A DNA stretch of 64,000 bases from the NCBI RefSeq assembly GCF_964355755.1, contig NC_092679.1:21249432-21313431 (forward strand). The letters run 5' to 3'. This document shows positions 1 through 11,899 of this stretch, one piece after another; the stretch's first letter is position 1, and every line of letters begins with the position of its first letter. This DNA comes from Antedon mediterranea (taxonomy: Eukaryota; Animalia; Echinodermata). The translations under genes and the position numbers were made by a program. The notes below the pieces were generated by a model. It had not been told where the DNA came from. It saw only the letters and a list, made by a program, of their open reading frames with translations, and did not search any database.

Positions 1-499
1 TCATTCAATTTTCGGCATTCGTTAAAAATTAATATTTTACCGACTAAAATAGAATGTTAGCCTATTCTATTACCGCACCTAAATATAACAACGATATCCT
101 CCTCCTACGTTATTTGATGGTCAGTTATAAGTCACAACATTTTCAGACATTTTTTAGATGAAAATAGTTTACAGTTTAAAAATGGACATAAATTCAGATA
201 GGTCCATGGTTATAATGAATACGTTTGAAACATAATTACATGAGGTGACTGAATTACAATTAAACAATGGTATTTAGATGGTATAAGATTAGGAAGAAAT
301 ATCCTATACCAGCAATATATTTTTGCCCTAAAGCTTATAAGTCTATGTACAATAACTATTACTAATGTTTATTGTATTATTAATCATAAAATATGCGGTC
401 ATTGTTTTGGCTGTTTCTACCAAATTCCGTAATTTTTAGCCAATTCTCGGTATACAGTATACGGTACTCTACCTAAATTTTCCCAGTATCAGACGCAAG

Positions 500-720
500 T
501 TCTGTGATACAGCATAACATGTAAAATGTGTATGTATCATAGACCATAACCCAACCATTAAACCAATCCTTCCATGATACAGGCATCACATGTGATACGA
601 ATGAGATGCTGTATTACGGAATTTGCAAATTCCGTAATACAGCATTGGATTGGACAAATTGCCATAATGTGAATTTACAGCACTGAGAATCAGCTGTAAA
701 TTCTGAAAACGTTTTTTTAG
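500..720. repeat. Dispersed repeat, related copy at about 27700-27890
   Basis: Shared blocks ccataacc.aacc, catgatacaggca.[ac]acatgtgata, gagat, atacagca in the same order at both loci. Confidence 0.5.
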
Positions 721-1264
721 ACAATTGTTTATCACATACTGTTTAGCATGTAAATGTTGTTTTCATAAATTAATAATAATGATTTAAAAATAGATATCTG
801 AATGATTTAATTTCCAACAGGGAATCTGAATAATATATATTACAATATATTTTTACTCTCACTTGTATAGGCTATCTATAAAATAATATTAATATGTGTA
901 AAAGCATTATATGATGGTGTTATGACCCTTTAAATTACACAATTATACGAAAATACTCGGTTCAAATCGGACATCGATGAATTTTAACTAACAAAACGTT
1001 CGATTTGATAATTAAACTCTCCCGCGTGTCTTTTCATGTTTCTCCGTTGGAATTGTATTTTTAAATTTATGAACCTTCTATTTCAGTATTAAGCGAAGAT
1101 TGTATTTAAAAGGAAATTATTTAGATAGCTTTAATTGAATAATCTATGTATTTGTTTGTTTAACAAAACAGGTGAACGAATTTTCAGATTTTTATGCGGA
1201 TTAATTTGATATGTGACACCCAGGAAAGATTAACTACTCGTAGATGCCTCGTGTCAAAGATAGC

Positions 1265-1505
1265 AGATAATAATGGTACGGATTTTGTACGCGCGCGTCC
1301 AAGTATTGATAACAATGGTATAGTTGTACGCGCGCGTCCTAATGTTGATAATAATGATATGGATTTTGTACGCACGCGTCAAAGTGGTGATAATATAATA
1401 TGGATTTTGTACGCGCGCGTCAAAGTGCTGACAATAGTATGGATTTGTACGCGCGCGTCCGAGTGCTGATATGGTTACACGCGTGCGTTCTAATAACGGT
1501 ATGGA
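1265..1505. repeat. ~42-bp CGCG-rich minisatellite, about 6 copies
   Basis: Unit gataataatggtacggattttgtacgcgcgcgtccaagtatt repeated with divergence. Confidence 0.9.
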
Positions 1506-2139
1506 ATTTAGTGTTGTCAAATTTCTTTAGGATGATGTTTCATGTTCCATCCTGTTATAAATTAAGCTGTTTAAAAAAACAAAACAAAAGTAGGTAAACT
1601 TTCAAAATATTTTAAAGAACAAAAAGAAGTAATGGACACATGGACATTCTTGGAATGAAAATTCAACAATGGACTATATAAATTAATATTACCAGCGTTA
1701 CAACAATTAAATATGTGTAAGTTATTCAACAAGTCGTGTTATATTAGCTACCCAGCTTAAATAGGAAATCTGTACTTGACCGAGATAGCTATAATACAAT
1801 GATAGTAAGTATTAAAATCCTTTAATAATACTGGTATCGTGTTATAACAATCATATCTGAATTGATACATATTACAATATTTTTTGTTGTAATTTACCAT
1901 TTTCATATTTTTCATATTGTGTGGACATTGTCTTAGAACGCATTTAAGATTTCCAAAATGCGTGGAAATTGTTTCAAAGGCGTTGATCTGTTTGTGAGAT
2001 AATACATTTACAGTAATCTCACGGGGAACGCGTTACAATCACATAAGCACGGGATGCAAATATGTTTATTAGTATATTACTGGTTATATAGTATCAGATG
2101 TTACACAAATTAACTTAGAACCCATCCTTTGGGACACCC

Positions 2140-2237
2140 AAATCACAAGCGATGGATTATCCAAACTGTCGCTTGTCATTGGTCAACTCGCTTGCGTTTC
2201 GCTTACCTTGCGTTGCGTCCTACTGGAAACCGAGCTT
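2140..2237. mobile_element. Partial family-A MITE
   Basis: aatcacaagcgatgg...cttgcgttgcgtcctactggaaaccgagct matches right half of family A. Confidence 0.7.
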
Positions 2238-3054
2238 AAAGAACACTTTCATATGAAACGAACCAGGAGCCTATATATTATGTATATAGCCTATACACTA
2301 CGACCAACCCTCAGTAAGGGGGACACCTTCGGTACCAAAGAAGTGTCCCTTTAATGGGATTATTTCCTGGATACCCCATGTAAAATATAAAATAACACCC
2401 TCTAAATGTATGTATACCTAGAACTTATAACGTCTAAAGCACTATTAGCGATGGATTACCCTCTCAAACACACACTGTAGTTAATATAATGTTATTGTTT
2501 TTAGCAACACCTAGATATTTAATTTCATTTAAAGATTTCGTAAAATAGAGTTTTTAGAGTTAAATCTATACGCATTTATGATGACCTATTTTTGTCAGAT
2601 TAATATAGGCGCCGCGTATTAATATAAAGATTAGAGAGGTTTTCTACGTTTTTGTTATGAAGATCGAGTCCTTGGCACCAGATAGCCACTCGGACAATAA
2701 ATTAAATTCACTGTCCGGCAATAAATACGATTAAAATTGGATCAATAATCTTTGCTTTTACGGTTATTATTGCGTTTTAGATACAACACTTAATCCTGTT
2801 CCATTATACAATTTACATAACATTGCATATACGCAGTGGATTACCCTTTGTTGTTTATATTATGGCATTGCCATCGTCAATTGTATCCAAGTACAAATCC
2901 TTATCTATTGTGATGATGTATTACAAATATTTAAAATACTAGGCGTGTGTTGGTCAGGGTAATACAGTGCATGGAGCCAATTTCTAGTAAAAGGGCTCCA
3001 ATACCGGTTATGTAGTTGTTCAGGTTCCCCTCACACATTGTCTATGAATAGAAT

Positions 3055-3230
3055 TGTGGCTTGGTGGTTATGATGCTCGGCTACCACTCCAAGGGTCACA
3101 TGTCCCCTCCAAAAGACTTGTAATAAGACTTTGTTTATCTTATGTTTGTCTTGTGAACCCCTCTGGGTCCCTAATGATCAGCAATTGCTGGATGGATCAC
3201 TCTAATTAAATATGGTAAACAAAAAACAAC
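3055..3230 (+). mobile_element. Degenerate tRNA-derived SINE fragment
   Basis: A-box-like gtggcttggtggtt head followed by non-tRNA body and A-rich tail. Confidence 0.35.
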
Positions 3231-3899
3231 CCTCTGATTGGGAGACTAATCAGAAAAGTGACCCTGTAATTTCTAGAGTTTTTTTACATTGTCCATTAAA
3301 TTAAAAAAAAAAACTTTCCCTCCCTTGATCCGATTTCTCGATGTTCCACTTCCAAATTTTAAGTATTTGTTTAATAAACTTAATTTTATGAGTTCTCGGG
3401 CTCAAGAAATCGCCAAAATCTTGGGTTTGTGATACGTCTACACAATCAACATATGTAATTACGTAATAACAATAATAATATATGCATAAGAATAATTACA
3501 CCCACGGTATATTCAATTAACCGTACTTATTTGATTGATGATAAAATGCATTTTAGTAGTTTAGTATGACACATATTTTGAATCGAATTTGTAGTTAAAT
3601 AAAATAATCAATTTTGAAATAGATTTAATCAGTTTGTTAAGGTTATTATACTGTGTATTTGTCCCTGTAACTGTTTACACACAGTTATAACATTTTCTAT
3701 TACATTTCTATGAAAAATTAAAAATAATTCTATTATATTTTGTGTCCGATGTTACGCGAAGTTACATCTTCGTTCTCAAGAAATCATATGATACCATTGG
3801 TTCATGTATGTGAAAAGTATATTCTGTTTAAAAGTGGAATACGTACAGTACAGTAATATTAATACCGTATAGAGTAATGTATTCAACAAGTTGTTAGTA

Positions 3900-4050
3900 A
3901 GCTCTGTCTACACTTATCAAAGTTTATGTGACAAGAAAATGTGATGTGCCCATACATGGACATGCTGATGTCATACCACTACCGTATTTAGGCTACCATA
4001 ATTGGGGACATTACACTTTTTTGTCAAACTAATTCGATAGTAGCCAGAGC
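3900..4050. mobile_element. Family-B MITE (AGCTCTGTCTACACT termini)
   Basis: agctctgtctacact...gtgacaa..atgtgatgtgccca...acatcacactttttttgtcaaact...cagagc internal inverted symmetry; many copies in window. Confidence 0.8.
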
Positions 4051-6814
4051 GTTAGATATGTTTCTAAACGCTAAAAGTGGTGCCGTGTCTAGAAAAAAAG
4101 AAAAGTACCGTGTTTAAGGGCCGGATATTGGCTGTAAGAAGTATGTTAATCTACTTGTAAACGTAAATGACCAAAGTTAATCTTGTAATCGCTAATTGTA
4201 TTTTATAACTTTTATAATACACTTTTAGAATGTATTATTTCTTAGACAAGCGGACACAATGCAAACACTTTTGTGGAAATAACCGTCTCGGACACCTATC
4301 GTATACTGCCTTACGTCTTCCGCGATACGACGTAGATTTGATAACATTAGTCGAAATAAATGATATTGTTTCATATATAACATCTCTAGCCAGTTGAGAA
4401 TATTTGTCTCTCAGAACGACAAAATGAAGGGGTTTCGGTCACAATCTTGCAGGGGTAGATACTTTTATTCTTCGCTATAGTTTCGGTAGTTTAGGCCTAG
4501 ACGACAGCCGATGACACATCAAACGTACGGTCGTATAGTCGTCACAAATCGAATATACTTCTTTACTAATATAATTAATGTTCTAAGCCTAGTGACATTC
4601 CATCATTCAACGTTGAAGAAAAAATGACAACTAATAAGAAAATAACAACAGTATACTCTTTATCGTTCGTTTTTATTTCATTTAAGAAATTAAAATATTC
4701 TTATTAACAAACTCATTTGACACAGTACCTTGATTTAAAAGCGGAACGGAAACAAATTAAAAACTGTGAAAATCTAGATATATTGCATTGTATAAATCTT
4801 TAAAAAAAAGTCTTAGTTTATAAATACAAAAGAAACAAAACAAGTAGTACCGTATAGATTTCTCTAAACTTTAAAATTACGTTAGTTCACATATTTCAGG
4901 CGAGTGACAGACACCACAAATAGACACATAATGTATAACGCGTTCAATAGTTGATAACAATGGCACAGATTTTGCACGCGCGCGTCAACTTCTTGTAAAG
5001 AAAGCGTCGTAAGATAGACTCGCGCGCGAAGAATTTGTCTTTTGATGTCGCCGCTCGAAGGATATTGGACTTTAATACTTTAGAACCATATTAACATAAC
5101 CTAGTAGTTTTGGTTATACTTTAAATAGATAATAATAAATATTGTAAACAGTAACCCTGTCTGAACTTCTACTATTCAAACTTTTAATACAAGTTAAAAG
5201 ATATGTTCCTGCAATGGCATTCTAACGCACCATTTAAATAAAAAATACATGTATTACGTAAGGTTTGAAACCTTCATTTTAAATACAGTAATTGAAAACG
5301 AACCATTGTGATCATACTCAAGTTAAAGGTATTGACAGGAAAAGATACTTGATTTTGATGTTTTGATTCTTTAAACTTTGAAATTATAGATCGGTACATA
5401 ATAACACGTGATGTTATGACGTAATCATACCCAAGAAATTAAAAATGTTACGTAATACGGTAATGGACTATACTACTTTTTCTATTTACCACAAGGCCTA
5501 TTCTAATTTAAATAAAATTAATCGAATTACGAATGTTTTACATTCTTCATTACTATACTTATTTCAGTGTTTATAGACATTTCCAAATTGGCAACAATTA
5601 ATGGCATTGCAAAATTATTGAATTAAATATTAAAAAAAAAAATTATTACCTTCGATTTGGCAAAACAATATAAAACTATACAAACAGTATTATAAATAAA
5701 AACATAATGCATTGAAACGATTATCTTGTATATATTATTAATGCGAGTATCCCCCTGGAGGTATTTTGCAGCACTGCAGCAGATGTGAGGGGCCCGAGAC
5801 GATCCCCCACTAATACCCCCGTTTCCATTTTGGTACATTTCAGTGAGTTACAGTTGGGAATGCATTTTATAATCTAATATTTGCAGCAAAACACTTTTAA
5901 GTTAATATATTGTCATTCTTAAATATTACACAAAGTGTAAATGATATAAATAAATATAAACTTGTATAGAAATTGTTTGTGTACTGTATCTCCACATATG
6001 GCATACAGTGTTACATGTGACTCGTGTAGTGTGTTAATGTTAGGTAAGCTTATAGCCTATCATACAGGAGTCACATGTGACACATATGTGACACTGTACT
6101 ACAGCATTCGCCTGATATATTTGGATATACAGTACACATAATCGGCTATCCAATCGTTAAATACCGCTAACGAGCTTTCACGTACAGAAACAGCTATTTT
6201 AAGAACAATTACAAATCCCAGATTATTATAGGAAGGCCCGATATCTTATAATTAATATACTCTTCAGAAAAGTCGTGTTAAAGTATACATAAAGTTGTTC
6301 GTATAGCAGCATTGTACAGTACATAACAATTAATATTCAATTTAAAAAGGCCTAATTTGATTTATCCTAAAGTGGGATGATCTAACCATGGAAGAATGAA
6401 ATTAAAATACACTTAAAATGTCATTCTTCCTTAATTAAAACACAATAGCATTCAGTATCGGTTGATTAGAACCACTGACCTATTAATTATAGGTCCATTT
6501 TTATAACCAACTAATAATAATAATAATAATATACGAGATGACCATTTCTTAATGATTAGTTTAGGCCTAGATAGGCCCTGCAACAGTGTGTAAGGTATAT
6601 TTACAAGTGGACGAAACATATAAACATAGTTTTTAAAGTTATCCCTGAGGTTAATTTATAATGCACGGGAGAATAAAAGCAACGTTACCCTGTGATGGAT
6701 TTTAAATTCTTGCCGAGAAAAAACTCTTTTCATCAAAAACACATCATCCATAAGCGCCCTCTCCAGTTGTCAGTTAACAAACAAAACAAATTAAAATAGT
6801 TTTTGTTCGAGTTT

Positions 6815-7615
6815 TTAATAATGATTATAGACTGAATGTAGTCTTGCTATTTCAGTTTTTAAACAGCAAACTTCAGTTTTCAATTTCCAATTTTCCTGCT
6901 CAAGGCACATGGCGCGAATTGCTATCTCTTCCTCTTTCGCTCGTCTGCTGTCTCTCGATCGTTTGGCAGCGTCGTTGTTTTTCCTCCTTCGCTCCCAGTA
7001 CAATTCATCTTTCTTCTCATCCGGGATACCTTTAAATTTCTTTGCTGAATTTTGTTTATCTTGTCGGCTTTCCCCTTCATCGTCACTAGCTACGGACGGC
7101 GGGTTTCCGTCGCCGGACGTGGATGGTTGCCGAGATCGCTTCCGAGAAACTAATAACGCCGATAGTCGTAAACTATTATATGATAATGGGGCCTCGGAAA
7201 GTCCATATGGGTAAACTGTTGGTGGGTAGCTAGATGGATAAGAAGCGGCCGATGGCGGATGAGTCAAAGCGTGATCTAAGTGTGAAAAATTGTACGTAGG
7301 CACCGCTGGTGCTGATGACAAATGCGAATATGGATAAATTTTAAAAGGTGTTGTGGACGATACGGCGGAAGTGCCCAATCGTGTAATGTTACTTAGATCT
7401 AACGGCTTAGAAGGAATCTGTGTTGGCCGTCTGTGTAGTGGTCCAAAATAAAATCTTGAAACTGCATCTCGTGAATTGCTACCGCCAAAGCTAGCTTCGG
7501 ATTTTGTCGGGGGTGATCGGTGACCGGACGAGGATGGACTGACGCTGCGCTCGTCACTCGTACGATCTGTATGACAGGTAGTGGTTACCGGTGATAACAT
7601 TCGTTTAGTTTCCAT
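6815..7615 (-). CDS. PAR-bZIP transcription factor, giant/ces-2-like (266 aa, single coding exon)
   Basis: C-terminal basic region-leucine zipper [59 protein letters not shown] closely resembles insect Giant / nematode CES-2 type bZIPs; PLDLS motif at 7391-7405. The ORF-track 5' extension lies in an intron: acceptor ttttttcattttag at 7638-7639, first ATG after it at 7615 (METKRM). Confidence 0.9.
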   Translation of the reverse strand: METKRMLSPVTTTCHTDRTSDERSVSPSSSGHRSPPTKSEASFGGSNSRDAVSRFYFGPLHRRPTQIPSKPLDLSNITRLGTSAVSSTTPFKIYPYSHLSSAPAVPTYNFSHLDHALTHPPSAASYPSSYPPTVYPYGLSEAPLSYNSLRLSALLVSRKRSRQPSTSGDGNPPSVASDDEGESRQDKQNSAKKFKGIPDEKKDELYWERRRKNNDAAKRSRDSRRAKEEEIAIRAMCLEQENWKLKTEVCCLKTEIARLHSVYNHY

Positions 7616-8364
7616 TGGAGTTTGTTCGTTTTTACACCTAAAATGAAAAAAATAAATTATTAGAGACATTCTCAACTTTACTTAAATTCTTTAAAAAAAC
7701 CATGATATATACTTATATACTTGATGTTGATGCTTATAAAGCCGTAGCTTGTGTGTCCCTCAACGTGATTCTATATATTATATTTTAGTATAGTATAGTA
7801 AAGTATAGTTAATATTTTGTATTTAAAACATGCATTGACAGACTAGACTAAACTAACAAAAACTTGTTTGTTTGTAAACTATCTAGGCTCCACCCAATGG
7901 AAAAAGCTTCCTATTAATATAAGAAGAAATCAACATTCTGTTCACTTTAAGAAAATCTTTTACTTAAATATTAGCCTAGCCTCATTTTTATTCTATCATT
8001 TATTATGTTATTACTGATGTTTCATATTCTTACGTGTTATTATTATTTTTTGTAACCACGTTACTGAGACAAGTTTACTTCTATATTTGTCCTCATTTTA
8101 TGCTCTGTATTATTTGTATGGCATTTAGATGAAATAAATGTTTGTTGAATCTTTATAAAACCGAAGTTTGTGAACTAAAAATGTACTTCTGTTCGAAACA
8201 TTGCTGAAATATTTCGTAACATTAATTTTGAAGAACTAGTAGATGGTTTCGGGCTAATTGTCCACTTTGACCGTATTGGTCATGGCTGTTTAGTATTTCT
8301 TATCCAGCTTTTTGTTTTGGCGTTTTTGTTCTATTCTCAATTTTCGAAGATTTCACTTAAAATA

Positions 8365-8975
8365 AAAGTGCGTGTTGTATGTTTCAACAATTCTTTTCAT
8401 TTTATTATCAATTTATTATATAAGTATTCTATTTAAAGTTTATCTAATTAAACAACTGATTATACAGTATACATTTATTGCATATAACTTAGATGAGGTA
8501 GATTTAAACATGTACAGAACTCTATGTAAACACACTATAGTTTTTTTAATTTACTAAAAGTGCTGTGCGCGTTGTATGTTGCAAGTATTCTCTTCATTTT
8601 GTAAAACAATAATGGAACAACAATATAATTATATAGGCCTAAGTATTCTCTTTAACGTTTATCTAATAATACACAACTGATTATATACATCATTGACGGA
8701 ATATACTTAGATAGATGAGGTATATTTAAACATGTACGGAACTCTATGTAAACACACTATTGTTTTTAATTTACTAAAATTGCTGTGCGTTTTGTATGTT
8801 TCAACGATTATTTTCATTTTTGAAAACAATAATGGACAAACAATGTATTATATAAGTATTCTCTTTAACGTTTATCTAATAATAGACAACTGATTATAGT
8901 ATACATTGACGGAATATACTTATATAGATGAGGTATATTTACACATGTACAGAACTCTATGTAAACACACTATAG
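8365..8975. repeat. ~220-bp tandem repeat, about 3 copies, in bZIP intron
   Basis: gatgaggta.atttaaacatgtac.gaactctatgtaaacacactat recurs at about 8492, 8715, 8927. Confidence 0.9.
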
Positions 8976-9494
8976 CAGGTGAAATATCGTCGTAATTACC
9001 GGATTTTAATTATTTTAATAGCGTCTCACTTTATCGGTGAAAACACCGTTGTTTGTGTACAGACCTTGGTGACATAATTAACAGAAATTTACGCAACACC
9101 GAATTTAATTGAATAAAAAGGCCTATAATTATTATCATTAATTATGGACAATATGTCATCTTCGTGTATTATTACGAGTTAAAATTTACAATAAAATGGA
9201 GTATATTTTATATTGATAATTTATCTCGTCTTCTTTCCATTTTCACAGATTTTGTCATCTTTTGAGTTTAGTAATTTGTTATTTATTTCGACATTATTGT
9301 TGTTACCAAGTTGGGAAATTAGGAGTTGTTATGTTTATTTATTATTTAGGCCTATATTAATATTTACGATTATATATAATATTGTTACTTACTACTATAT
9401 AAACATCACAGACACATACTAAATTCTAAACTTTAATTTAATTAATTAATTTGGAACGATGAGATGAGGAAATCTATGAGAATGAGAAAATCTC

Positions 9495-9563
9495 CAACCG
9501 AGATTCGAACCCGGAAACTTCTGCTTGATTTGCAGATGTCCTAACTATTAGACCACTTGGGCT
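9495..9563 (-). mobile_element. tRNA-like SINE head fragment
   Basis: Reverse complement gcccaagtggtctaatagttaggac...ccgggttcgaatctcgg has A and B boxes; related copy at about 60918-60970. Confidence 0.5.
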
Positions 9564-10495
9564 TTCTGGTATTTTTTTAATTCGATTGGATAGCGACTCT
9601 TTAACACTAATAATATTGTTACTAGCCTATATTTACAATTTTCTATACTAAATATTCTGTAACTTGGTTTAGCGTTCCTCTTCCTGTATTTTGTTTTCTT
9701 GACTTCTTATTTTTTTACATTAATCTCAAGAACTTTAGCAAGCAAAATTATATTATACATTTGGCTTGAAACTACAAATGATTTTAATTGACTTCTTTAT
9801 CTTTCGTTTGAGTAGAGTCAGGTAGAGAGATATGTCTTTAAACTTCTATTGCTCATTACCATGCTACAATATTTGTAGTAGACCAAGTTATACCATTTTT
9901 TAAAAACCATTTTACATTTCAAATACAGATATATAATAAGAGACACTACTGTACTACATTTAAGATCTTTCGACAATTGTGATTTAAAAAAGTTTTTCTT
10001 AAATCATGATGCTAAAAGGTTTTTATATACAGTATTTATAAAGTCTGGGATTACGTTTAGTTTTATGAATAAACAATATTGTTTTTATTGTGTTAACTGT
10101 TTTAAATATAAACATATTACTGTTAATAATATAACGTTATACATAATAATAACGACAATGTTAAATGTTATGTATTGTATATAGCCTAACCAGCAGCATA
10201 TAACATAGGCCTATTATTAAAGCCTCCCAATGTATTATTTTAATGCGATTGACTACTGTTTACTATACATGGCTAGGCCTATGGCCGGGAAAGGATCACT
10301 GGTGTTAATATCCCTGTCCGCCATGAATGGACATAAGCAATTAAACCCGACCTTTTACAGGTCAAGTTGAAGATGGGCTAACGAACATTTAACAATCAAA
10401 CGACAAAACCACTTATAAAGTGTCGCTTCTATCTTCCTATATTGTTTTATTATTGTGTTGTTATTTAATGTATTAATTAAATATAGTCAACTTAC

Positions 10496-10611
10496 CCTAT
10501 ATATTAATATCTGGTTGAAGAACACGTTAAAATAATCACCGCTATCTTTAGATGTAGTCCGTGTAATTTCTCCCCGTGTGTGAACTGTGGCCAATGTAAT
10601 GATCGAATGCT
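10496..10611 (-). other. Candidate non-coding 5' UTR exon of the bZIP gene
   Basis: Minus-strand donor AGG|GTAAGT (plus-strand cttac 10491-10495); no ATG in the exon; Inr-like TCAGCA at about 10611 with TATAAT about 25-30 nt upstream. Confidence 0.5.
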
Positions 10612-10900
10612 GATCGTTGACCGATGCTATAGTCTATTATAATAAACTTGACCACTGCCCCAAGGACCCGATTCTGACCTAACTCAGCTAAGCTGTGTTT
10701 CAACACTGACTGACCCAGACCTTAAAAATGAGAGAAAAGTTTAACCTCATTACGTGTTGATTACAACGGGTTGGTTCAGCGTTATAAGTCGTGTGCATAC
10801 AGTTTGCTTGTTTTATGTTCGTTCAAGGTAAATCACCGATCCGGTCCGGTCACGGTCAATCGCCGTTGTCAAATTCGAGAATCAACTCTTCGATCACGTG
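10605..10900 (-). promoter_or_regulatory. Candidate core/proximal promoter of the bZIP gene
   Basis: TATA-like TATAAT (10636-10641) and Inr-like element at canonical spacing; locally raised GC/CpG; several TGACC nuclear-receptor-type half sites. Confidence 0.4.
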
Positions 10901-11710
10901 CTTAGCCTTGTCTTTCTTTTTCATTGTGTTTGGTGTACTGTATCTTCTTTAATTATAACTGTTCACCCAATGAAGTTGATGATAAAGCGCCACCATGCTC
11001 AAAATCACCTGTTCGTTCGCTCCTCCTTCTTATTCAGTTTGCCGCCTTTCGTGTATATAGATTATGATATTTCATTTTTTATTCATAGTAAAATGTAAAC
11101 AGCATAATCTACATATCGGACATTTTTTTATATGATTTAAATAAGTAATATAATTAATAAGTAATTTTATTCATAGTTGAAAACATAATTTTCAAAATCA
11201 TGTTTCGTTTAGTTGAACTAATGTCCTGTTCTACTCCGGCGGCTGGCAACAAATAACGGATTAATTGATTATTTATTGGAAACAGAAACATACTTTATTC
11301 ATGTGAGGGATGTGGATAGAATGTTAGTGTGTCTTTGGTTTTGTTGTGTTTACTTTGGTTTGAATTGCACATGCATAGGCATAATAAAGAAATAAAGATC
11401 CAAAACTCAATATTGAACTTTTAAATATTTTACTATGATCTCTTCCTCACTTGACTATTGTATTATTACTATGTGTCTTTGCCAACAATCCCAAATCAAA
11501 ATTGAGAGACACCAAAAAAAAAATGTAATCTAAAAATAGCTTTTTCCTGTCCTTTTTTAGCTAATAAAACAAAATTCTAAAAGTCAATATTGTCTAATGA
11601 ATTCACTTTCTGCCCAATTCTGGAAAAAGGGTTCACGTTTAAAATAGGTTAATATATCCTGAAAATATATAATATTAAGAAAATATTAAATAAATAACCC
11701 ATTTTCTTAC

Positions 11711-11899
11711 CAGCATTTACGTAACGAGATAGAAACATCAAACTTAGGACAATTAGTCCTATATATGCTGGTATAACAGCGGTTACCGCACTTTTGGTCA
11801 GACGACTTGCGCGTTGCATGTATGTCCTTTCGTTACGAAAACCGAACCAATGATTGAACATAACACGAATAAATGAATGAATAGTTGGATTAAATACAG
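11711..11899 (-). other. Candidate alternative upstream exon (189 nt) of the bZIP transcription unit
   Basis: Strong minus-strand acceptor tttttatcttttctttcatcctag (AG at 11900-11901) and donor CTG|GTAAGA (11706-11710); another donor TAG|GTATGT at 12006-12011 gives a 112-nt intron upstream. Confidence 0.4.

Noticed and set aside
1184-1597. Four overlapping repetitive ORFs
   Set aside because: Artefacts of the 42-bp (multiple of 3) minisatellite; no splice context or known homology.
7616-7675. N-terminal 20 aa of the bZIP ORF call
   Set aside because: Starts at TTG in an intronic pyrimidine tract; first ATG after the acceptor is 7615.
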